From: Phyllobates terribilis
Taxonomy: Eukaryota
DNA: 64,000 nt
Reading direction: 5' to 3'
NCBI RefSeq assembly: GCF_046119375.1
Contig: NW_027362771.1
Span: 404,736,001-404,800,000, forward strand
The position numbers and the translations under genes are program-made. The notes beneath the pieces are model-generated. The model did not search any database. It saw only the letters and a program-made list of their open reading frames with translations, and was not told where the DNA came from. This document shows positions 36,152-46,628 of the stretch, one piece after another; positions within the stretch are counted from its first letter, which is position 1, and each line of letters begins with the position of its first letter.

Positions 36152-37489
36152 GTATTTCCTCCTAATTTTAGTCAGCTTTTTCTTTTCAATGCATAGGCGA
36201 ACACTAAGGGAGACCCACTCCCCAATAATGGGTAGAAGGTTTTTACTATGCTGTAATCCACGTCTGTTTCATTGCAGATCCTCATAATTTTTGGAACGCC
36301 TTCCATTCACTGCTTAGGCCAACAGTGCACAGGAGACCATGTTGCTATAAATGGAAAAAACGGTTTAGTTAAGGCCCTCTGACCTCCATGTCACTTCCAA
36401 GGGGCATTGGAGTGCCTCAAAATTTTTGGTAGGCATTGCACTCATTGCATGCCCTTTAACTGTGTAGCCGAACCGCTCCTTTTGGTACAGAAACATATCC
36501 TACAAGACATGTGTGGTTGACTGGCCTGATATTGATATGAATGGTCCCTGTTCCTCCTGCTCTTTCTCCTTTGCCACCACCTCATCCTTCATTCATCACC
36601 TGAAGCTTTGTTTTATCGGGAGTCATAGAACTGGGATAATAGCAGGAAAATATCCAGCAATCCTCGGAGGAGGTAGGATATGCGCCAAAACGCTGACCAC
36701 CTCAGGCCTAGCCGCTACTACATACATGCACTTGCATTCCAAGAAAACAAAGCAGACGCTAACTTCTATCATCATCATCATGCTCCTCATCTTGGCACTC
36801 TCAACTCCCCTGATGGAGAAGCCAGGGCCCACCGGAGGAGTCGGGTTCTCTGGTGGGCTCGTCCAATGCTGCCCTAAAGCTGACCGGGCTAAGGAAAGTG
36901 TGTGAGGGGTTGTTCCAAGTAGAAATGTGGGCGGCTGGGAACCGAGTATGGATACCTCGCTGCCGAAGCAGCCATGAGGTAGTGGCCAGCTTCGGCCTCC
37001 TCCAAACTAAAAGGCCCCATTTCAAGTGCAAGCTAGCAGTATGGTAACTTCTATTGCTTTTTGTTTCTGGAAAACAGCCATGGCTGTAACCGCGCCCCCA
37101 GCCCTGACTGACACTGGCTCAGCATTAGGAAAGGTTGTCAGTCAGGGCCAGAGGTGTGGTTACAGCTGCAATTCTGTATACTCAGAATGGTGACTGAACT
37201 TTGTTGCCCCCATGACTGGAACCGAAATGCTGCAGGTGGGAATAAAGTTTATTTTCTCCCCGCAGTGTTCAGCTAAATGTGGGCGCTGGGCAGGATAATA
37301 ACGCTATTAGCCTGCAGATTAACCCCATATCTGCAGGTTAATAGCATTTTCTGATGACACATTCCCTTTCATAAGTGCTGAAATACTGCAGAAAATCTGC
37401 AACATCAAAACTCACCAAAAGCTCAATGTGGGAAGGTAGCCTTAAAATTTTTTATCCAAGACTCACAGATCACATCTGAATTTTCTAAC

Positions 37490-38260
37490 ATTGACATTTT
37501 ACCCTCAAAAATGTTGCTTTAGCCCCGAATTTTTCATTTTCACAAAAGAAGAGAAGAAAACAAATGGTACAATTGTTACATAATTTCTCCTGTGTACACC
37601 AATACCCCAAATGTGGTCAAAAATTACTTTTGAGCACAGTCCAAAGCTCAAAAGAGAAAGAGTGCCATATTATAGTGCAGATTTTGCTGTTTTGCTTTGT
37701 GGGTGTCATGTCACATTGACAGAGTCCCTGAGGTGCCAGAACAGCTGAACCCACCATAAGTGACCCCATTTTTCAAACTACACTTCTCCGTGAATTCATG
37801 TAAGAGTACGATGTTCATATTGACACCAAAGGTGCATCACAGAAAGTTCTACCTTTGGGTGGTGAAGAAAAAATAAATACATTTTTACTGCAAAAATGTT
37901 GTTTTAGCCCCATATTTTACATTTTCACATGAAGAAATTGTGAAAAATGGCACCAAAATTTGTTACACAATTTCTGCTAAATAGGGCAATACCCCATATG
38001 TACCTTACAGTCCTGCTTAGCCAGACAGCGAGACTCGGGAGAAAAAAACGCTATTGAACTCTTGAAGAACAGATTTTCCTAAAATAGTTTGTGGAATTCA
38101 TATGCAGAGCCCATAAGTACTGGAACAGAAACTCCCATCAAGTGACCCCATTATTCCCTCTGGGAATTTATGTACAGTTTAAATGATGATTTTGACTCCA
38201 TGGCTGTTTTCCAGAAACAAAAAGCAATAGAAGTTGCTGAGTAAAAATTGTAAATCTGCT
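37490..38260. repeat. AT-rich interspersed repeat with internal periodicity of about 390 bp, class unassigned
   Basis: AAGTGACCCCATT recurs at about 37760 and 38141. TTTTAGCCCC...TTTTCACA recurs at about 37515 and 37900. Confidence 0.45.
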
Positions 38261-38269
38261 ATTGTAGAG

Positions 38270-38365
38270 CCCAATACATTGTAGTGCCTAGTACGTTGTA
38301 GTAACTAATACATTGTAGTGCACATACATTGTAGTGCCCAATACATTGTAGCGCCCATACAATGT
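38270..38365. repeat. Minisatellite of about 17-18 bp (ATACATTGTAGTGCCC), about 5 units
   Basis: Repeated CATTGTAG units visible directly. Confidence 0.8.
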
Positions 38366-41300
38366 GCCCAGCTTGTGCTTCTGAAGACACGCCCAAAGTA
38401 ATTTAAGCGGGCTCACATCGCTACAGTATTGACAAATGTTGACTCTAAATGTGGTTTAGACACATTGTGTGGCTTAGAAGTAGAGGGATATTTGGATTTG
38501 GGAGCACAGAATTTGCTGGATTTCTTTTGAGTGGACTAGTTTGCTGTTCCAGAGCCTTTGTGCTACCAGTAATGTGGAAACCCTTTATATTTCAAATGAC
38601 AGATTATGAACCTGAGTGGGGATTTGTTTTTTTGTGGAAGTTTTTATTGTAAACATTTTACAGAACATTTTTGCATCGCATTTATCCTGTGTTCTAGACT
38701 GAGCACTTACATCTGTGTTTCCATCTAAATTTCCAAATAACGTCATTCAGATGAAATTCCTGATGGATCCATTTCACTATAATGAGGCAACAGCGTTACT
38801 CTGGACTCCATCTGGTCTTTTTTCAGCAGTGTCCTTTTCAGAGGTTCACAAAACTGTGGCTAACTCCGCTTTTGTACATGCCAGATCATGAGCCAGACAT
38901 AGTCTAAAGTGACTCGATCTGCCTCATTATAGGGAATCTTTTTTCAGAGGTTCCATGTGAATCACATATTTCAGAATTTTACATGGAAACTTCAGTTTTA
39001 GCGCGTACTGATGTCACAGGTTTGTCAGATGTGATAGACAGTCTCTGTGCAGTTGGTTGCAGAAGATCTCTTCTTTTGACATTACAGACACCTTCTTAGC
39101 TGTTTCACTCTAGGGCACATCCGCTACCTCCTTCCTGCTCTAATTGACACCCTGGCCTGGGGGGTTAAATAGTTTCACTTTGCAGCAGGAAGGTGCCGGT
39201 GAAATTCACATGTTTCCTTGTGAAAGCTTGGAGCTTGTGCAGTTCTAACTTCCTCTCTGGTGCCAAGAGGATGTCTGCGCTTTCTCTCTGTAATCGTCTC
39301 AAGCTAAGTTACTTTCCCCTGTGTCTGTCTACCTTGTTGTCTTTACTTGTTAGTGGGGACTGACTAGTGCTCATCCCCCCTTCCCTATCCAAGGCCTTGC
39401 TCTAGGGAAATACAAGGTTTTAGGTTCCTGTGTGGCGATTGGTGAGCCTAGGAGGTCTCCACTCCCCCTTTCCTAGTGTCTGGGCTCCCTTCCCCTTATC
39501 CCTTCATGTTGAACTTAGTCTTTCCCACACCTGGCGTGACATTATCACCGGCCATGCACATTTAGAGAAAATAAGAAAAAAAAAACCTGACACTTGGGTT
39601 TAGTTGAGTGTTTTTTGTTTTTCGGCATGGTTTTCTTTTCCTTTCTCCTTCGTATGGATTCAGTTGCAGAGCAGCTGCGCAGTCTGTCTCTGGAGGTGAA
39701 TGACCTCGCTGTGAGGTTCAGTAACAGCATCAGGGGCTACAGGTCACTAATGTGGGGGTCCCTGCAGGTAGGCCTGTCCAGCCTGAATTCAAGGTTGCCC
39801 TCCCAGACAGGTTTTCAGGAGGTAGGGACAAGTTTTGTGTATTCAAGGAGGCCAGCAAATTGTATTTTAAACTTCATCCTTACTCCTCCGGACGTGAGGA
39901 GCAACGAGTAGAAATTGTGATCTCTCTACTGCAGGGAGATCCTCAATTCTGGGTATTTTCTTTATCCCAGGATTCAGTTTGTCTCCAGTCTGTAGAGGTT
40001 TTTTTTGGGGCTCTGGCCGTCATCTATGATGACCCTGACCTAGTCACCTTGGCTGAGTATGGGCTATGTCGCCTTCAGCAGGGAAATTGGTCAGTGGAGA
40101 CGTACAGTTCTGAATTCCGTAGATGGGCAATGGATACTAAATGGAAAGACTCAGCTCTTAGAAGCCAATTTTGTGAGGGTCCTACTGAAAGGTTGAAAGA
40201 TGCCTTGGCAGTATATGAAACTACTCAGTCCTTGGAGGCTTCCATGTCGTTGGCCATATGTCTTGATAGACGTCTTCAGGATAGACAGGTGAGACCACCT
40301 TCTACGGGGCCTTCTTGTCGACGTTATGTACCTCTGCCGGGGGAGCGGTCTGGTGGTGAGCCAGTACTGGGGGAGGTGGAGGAACCCATGCAGTTAGGGG
40401 GTGTCTTTACATCATACATTTCCCCAGAGATTCGCAAGAAAAAAGGCACATGTTTATTTTGTGGGAAAAAGGGACATTTTGTTGGGACCTGTCCATCAAT
40501 TCCTAAACAAAAGGAGACTAGATTAACTCTTGGTAGTCTGGAGTTGGATAAGCAAGGGGTGCATTTATCGCCAATCTGCAGTTCCCGGTTTGTTCTGATA
40601 GCAGAGGTGGTGCTAGAAACCTAAAACAAGAAAATTTCTGTGTTTGTTGACAGTGGAGGTGGAGTCAGCATGGTTGATGATAAGTTTGTGAAAACTCATG
40701 GTCTTGCTTGCTGTATTTTAGCTAAGCCTATTTCCATCTTCGCCATCGACTCGGGGCCACTTGTACAGAGACCATTTACTCAGATTGTACATAGTGTAAA
40801 ACTGAGGGTGGGGTCAGTTCATTGTGAAATAATTTCTTGCTATGTTCTGGACAATCTTCCCACACCGATTGTCTTGGGTATACCTTGGCTTGTTAAACAT
40901 AATCTGTGGTGGATTGGCAAACCAGGGAGATTATTGAATGGGGAGATTACTGCCATGAGAACTGTTTAGAAATTTCCCTTGCTACTGTCTCTATGGAAAT
41001 ATTACCTGCTTTTCTGTCTGGTTTTGAGGACGTTTTTTTCTGAGAGGGGTCATCAGGATTTACCTCCTCATCGTGCATATGACTGTCCTATTAACCTGAC
41101 CCCCGGAGCTAAACTACCGAAGTCCAGACTGTATATTCTTTCTGGCCCTGAGAGGCAAGCCATGAAGGATTTCATTGTGGAAAGTCTGGAGAAGGGACAC
41201 ATTAGGCCTTCATCTTCACTTGTGGCAGCAGAGTTCTTCTTTGTGAAGAAAAAAGATGGCGGTCTACATCCCTGTTTAAATTTCCAGGAATTAAATCAAA

Positions 41301-42504
41301 TTACCTTCCGAGATCCATACCCTCTTCCTCTGATTCCTGATTAGTTCAGCCAGGTTGTAGAAGCTAAGGTATTCTTGCTGGGTTTAGTGGGAGCCTACAA
41401 TCTGCTTAGAATTAGAGAAGGGGACAAATGGAAAACAGCGTTCAATACCCCTGATGGGCATTTTGACAGTCTGGTTATGCCTTTTGGTTTGACCAGTGCA
41501 GCCGCGATATTCCAGCATTTCATAAATTATATTTTCCATCATTTGGTGGGGAGATTTGTGGTGGTCTATCTGGACGATATTTTGGTTTACTCACCTGATT
41601 TTAGGACTAGTGATGAGCAAGTATGCTCGCTACTGCTTGCCCGAGCATCTTACTGCTTGAGATGCTCGGCACTTGCCGAGTATTTTCGGGGTTGCTCGGC
41701 GGAAGCTCGGGTCCGCTCCCTACATGTTTGGTGCTCTTTACAGAGCTAACGAATATGCAGGGATTGTCTGCCACTCACTGTAATGACGCAGCCATGTTGG
41801 TTGTGGCATTACAGTGATTGGATGGCTGCACAGCGTCATCAGGTCTATATCAGACCTGGTGCCGCCATGCTCGTCACAGTCACTCCGGAATCAGACAGTG
41901 TAGGGAGAGCTGCTGCTGAGCTAGGGAGAGATTTGCTTGTTTTTAGTTAGTGTAGGTGTACCAACTATATTATAGACACATATCCATCTCAACAAACAGT
42001 CCTTCTGAGGACTAATTCATCTGTAGAGATATCAGTCAGGCAGTGTATATAGGCAGGCAGGCAGGGTATATAGCAGACTGCAGTGCATATAGCACAATTG
42101 GCTCCATTCCAGTTTTGTCTGCTGCTGCTGCTGTTAGATATTTCTAGAAATAGGCCCAGGTCTCAGGGGCCAGAAATAATTTTTTTTTTGGATCTTAATC
42201 CTCATTATTTGCTTAAAAAGCAATACAGACAACAACTTTTTTCTGCGCCATTTGCTTGTTGGCACTGCAGAATACAGCCAGGTCCTTTATATATTACAGC
42301 GCTAAAAATCCAGCTATGTAAAACTGTGGTTTGTTCGTCACACAGATCACATATAATTGCGCTAAAAGAACTGCCATTTCTGGCCTCCATTAAAAATTTG
42401 TTTCAATGTGTCAGTGAAGCTATTGACACCAGTTTACTGTTCAAAATAATTACCTACAGGCCAGCTATTTAAAACTCTGTTTTCACCATCACACGGATCA
42501 CATA

Positions 42505-44133
42505 CAGTACAGACCAAAAGTTTGGACACACCTTCTCATTTAAAGATTTTTCTGTATTTTCATGACTATGAAAATTGTACATTCACACTGAAGGCATTAA
42601 AACTATGAATTAACACATGTGGAATTATATACTTAACAAAAAAGTGTGAAACAACTGAAAATATGATTTATATTCTAGGTTCTTCAAAGTAGCCACCTTT
42701 TGCTTTGATGACTGCTTTGCACACTCTTGGCATTCTCTTGATGAGCTTCAAGAGGTAGTCACCGGAAATGGTTTTCACTTCACTGGTGTGCCCTGTCAGG
42801 TTTAATAAGTGGGATTTCATGGCTTATAAATAAGGTTGGGACCATCAGTTGTGTTGTGTAGAAGTCAGGTGGATACACAGCTGATAGTCCTACTGAATAG
42901 ACTGTTAGAATTTGTATTATGGCAAGAAAAAAGCAGCTAAGTAAAGAAAAATGAATGGCCATCATTACTTTAAGAAATGAAGGTCAGTCAGCGTGAAAAA
43001 TTGTGAAAACTTTGAAAGTGTCCTCAAGTGCAGTTGCAAAATCTATCATGCGCTACAAAGAAACTGGCTCACATGAGGCCCGCCCCAGAAAAGGAAGAAC
43101 AAGAGTCACCTCTGCTTCTGAGGATAAGTTTATCCGAGTCAGCAGCCTCAGAAATCGCAGGTTAACAGAAGCTCAGATTAGAGGCCAGGTCAATGCCACA
43201 CAGAGTTCTAGCAGCAGACACATCTCTACAACAACTGTCAAGAGGAGACTTTGTGCAGCAGGCCTTCATGGTAAAATAGCTGCTAGGAAACCTCTGCTAA
43301 GGACAGGCAACAAGCAGAAGAGACTTGTTTGGATTAAAGAACACAAGGAATGGACATTAGACCAGTGGAAATCTGTGCTTTGATCTGAGGAGTCCAAATT
43401 TGAGATCTTTGGTTCCAACCACCGTGTCTTTGTGCGACGCAGAAAAGGTGAATGGATGGACTCTACATGCCTGGTTCCCACCGTGAAGCATGGAGGAGGA
43501 GGTGTGATGGTGTGGGGGTGGTTTGCTGGTGACACTGTTGGGGATTTATTCAAAATTGAAGGCATACTGAACCAGCATGGCTACCACAGCATCTTGCAGC
43601 GGCATGCTATTCCATCCGGTTTGTGTTTAGTTTGACCATTACTTATTTTTCAACAGGACAATGACCCCAAACACACCTGCAGGCTGTGTAAGGGCTATTT
43701 GACCAGAAGGAGAGTGATGGGGTGCTACGCCAGATGACCTGGCCTCCACAGTCACCAGACCTGAACCCAATCAAGATGGTTTGGGGTGAGCTGGACCGCA
43801 GAGTGAAGGCAAAAGGGCCAACAAGTGCTAAGCATCTCTGGGAACTGCTTCAAGATTATTGGAAGACCATTTCCGGTGACTACCTCTTGAAGCTCATCAA
43901 GAGAATGCCAAGAGTGTGCAAAGCAGTCATCAAAGCAAAAGTTGGCTACTTTAAAGAACCTAGAGTATAAGACATATTTTTATTTGTTTCACACTGTTTT
44001 GTTAAGTATATAATTCCACATGTGTTAATTCATAGTTATGATGCCTTCAGTGTGAATGTACAATTTTCATAGTCATGAAAATACAGAACAATCTGTGAAT
44101 GAGAAGGTGTGCCCAAAGTTTTGGTCTGTACTG
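42505..44133 (+). mobile_element. Tc1 element with TIRs of about 270 bp that overlap the transposase 3' end
   Basis: TA flanks. Ends CAGTACAGACCAAAAGTTTGGACACACC. Degenerate transposase about 42919-43970 (PRKGR, PTVKHGGGGVMVWG, QQDNDPKH, WPPQSPDLNPI). Confidence 0.94.
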
Positions 44134-44345
44134 TATATGTTTTAGAAAATACTGCCATTTCTGGCCTCTATTAAAAAAAATTTCAGTGTGTCAGTGAAGC
44201 TATTGACACCAGTTTGCTATTCAAAATAGTTACCTACAGGCCAGGTGTTTAAAACTGTGGTTTGTCCATCACACGGATCACATATAAGTTCGCTTCAGAT
44301 TCAACAAGTTGTAGTGAGCATGGAAGCTATTGTCCTCCATTTAAA

Positions 44346-46165
44346 ATGGGCAAAGCATGTGGCAAGGGACAGGGAAATGGATGTGATGGTGATGGTGCAT
44401 GCAGAAGAAGAGGCAGTGGGCAAGCTGAAATTGTTCCACAACAAAAACCCACATCTTCTCGCTCGACCTTCCTGTCCCAATTAATAGGGTACCGCAGAAC
44501 ACCACTATTGAACACAGAGCAATGTGAAAAGGTTATTGGATGGATAGCAGATAATGCTTCCAGTCACTTAGCCACCACCGCCACCTTATCTTCCGCACGG
44601 TCAAGTCTCAGTAGCCGTGAGTCTGGACCGCATATTCCTCACCCTGAATCTCCTTCCTCCCACCATGACCAGAGACAATTGATCCCATACTTGGACACTC
44701 CGAAGAGCTGTTCACGTTTCCATTTATAGATTCGGTCTACTCGCCCGGTCCACTTGAAGAGGGGCAAGAGGAGATCGCATGTAGCGATGCCCAAACATTT
44801 GAGCAGCCACGGTCAAATGAAGGCGACAGTGTGAAAGTGTAACAAGAGGTGGACGATGATGAGACACAATTGCCAGAAAGTCAGGAGGAGGACCAGGGTG
44901 AGGAAGTGGAAGACGAGGTAGTCGATGATATAGTAACTGACCCAGCCTGGCAGGTAGACATGCAGAGCGAGGAGAGCAGCACTCAGGGGGAGGGAGGCCG
45001 AACACCCCAACAGGCAGGAAGAAGCCGTATGGAGGCCGCAGACAGAAGGCAGGCAACCGTTCCCCTTAACACCAACACGAAGGAAGTTTCCAGTACAACT
45101 GTTAGGTCTTCCCGAGTCTTGTTGTTTTTTAAAGACTCTGCCAATAACCCCAAAATGGCCATTTGCGCCACCTGCTAGGCTAGCATCAGCAGGGGTGGCA
45201 AAACGACCAGCCTGACCACCACCAGCATGATCAGGCACATGGCAGCAAAGTACCCGACTTTGTGGGCCGAACCCCAGGGTCTAGGAACAGTGTCTGTGGG
45301 AGGCACCACTGCTTCTTCCGCTGTTGTGCATGCAAGCCAATCCCCTGTCCATAGTGCATGCGAAGATGCCTCGTGCCCTGCACCAGTCCTTGCACACTCT
45401 CAAGTAGCAGCATCAGGAAGCATGTCTACATCCTTGTCCCAGCGCAGAGTTCAGTTGTCCATACCCCATTCATCGGAACGCAAGCGCAAATACGCAGCCG
45501 ACGCCTAAAGGCCGCACTACTAAATTCCCATATTTCGCGACTGCTTGCGCTCGAAATGTTGCCTTTTAGGCTCGTGGAGACGGAAACATTCTGCAACCTG
45601 ATGGCGGCGGCCATTCCTCGGTACTCGTTCCCCAGCCGCCACTATTTCTCCCGGTGTGCCGTCCCCACATTAAACAAGCACGTGTCCCAAAACATTAGCC
45701 GTGCCCTCAACAGCACAGTTACTGGGAAAGTCCACCTAACCACGGACAAGTGCTTGTGGGCATGGACAGTACATCTTGATGCTGGCACACTGGGTTAACA
45801 TAGTGGAAGCCGGGACCCAGTCAGACCTTGGGACGGAACATGTCCTTCAGACGCCAAGGATCACAGGCCCTAGTTCAATCATGGTTGATTCCACAGTCTA
45901 CAGCTCCTGCACCTCATCCTCCTCAGCCTCCTCCTCCTCTTCAGCCTCCATCTCCGAAATGACCACATCAGTCACAAGCTGGAAGCACTGCAGCGCTGCC
46001 TTGGCCAAGCGGCAACGGGCTGTGCTGAATATAACATGCTTAATGCTTAGGTGACAAGCCGCCCAGCGCTGTAGAGTTGTTTAAAGCTGTAACACAGCAG
46101 CCTGATCTGTGGCTCTCACCGCTAAACATACAGCCAGATGTGGTCATGTGGGACAATGGGCAGAA
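44346..46165 (+). pseudogene. hAT transposase 5' half, truncated just after the second catalytic D
   Basis: MGKACGKGQG N-terminus, BED finger, LLALEMLPFRLVETE, ending near WDNGQNLV. Confidence 0.9.
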
Positions 46166-46521
46166 CCTGGTGCCGGAGAAATGACAGCCGGAGTAAATAC
46201 GGTTTCCCTCTATGCCAGTCTTTTCACCGAGCTAAAGAATATGGCTGAGGTGAAATACAACTCCCACTGAGAAGCTGTTTCAGATTGAAAAACATTGGGC
46301 CCACCAGAGGTTTTGACTCTGAGGGCTCACCTTTCTCCCCCACTCAAGAGCCCCAAAGCAGCTGCAAAGTTAGAGCTATCATGAACTTTCCTGATGTAGA
46401 AGCCAGGGCACACCAGAGGATTTTGTGGTGGGACCGTCCAACCCCGCCGAGAAGCAGTCCTGGCTAAGTGAAGTGTGTGGGAAGGTTCTCGGACACTCTA
46501 TGACTGCTTTTTTACTTAGTT

Positions 46522-46628
46522 GGAAACCCACGCAAACACAGGGAGAAAATACAAAATCCTTGCAGATGTTGTCCTTGCTGGGATTTGAACCAAGGCTTCA
46601 GTGCTAACCACTGATCCAATGTGCTGCC
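46522..46628 (-). mobile_element. tRNA-derived SINE 5' fragment
   Basis: Reverse strand GGCAGCACATTGGATCAGTGGTTAGCAC...GGTTCAAATCCC gives Pol III A and B boxes, followed by a SINE body ending GTTTGCGTGGGTTTCC. Confidence 0.75.

Larger units (their letters stand above)
27044..37045 (+). mobile_element. hAT family A copy 3 (divergent subfamily), with an expanded satellite in the 3' arm; 3' TIR not found
   Basis: 5' TIR TAGTGTTGAGCGAGCATGCTCG at 27044, transposase at 28766-32109, 3'-arm repeats homologous to 12950-13545. The right boundary is inferred. Confidence 0.85.
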
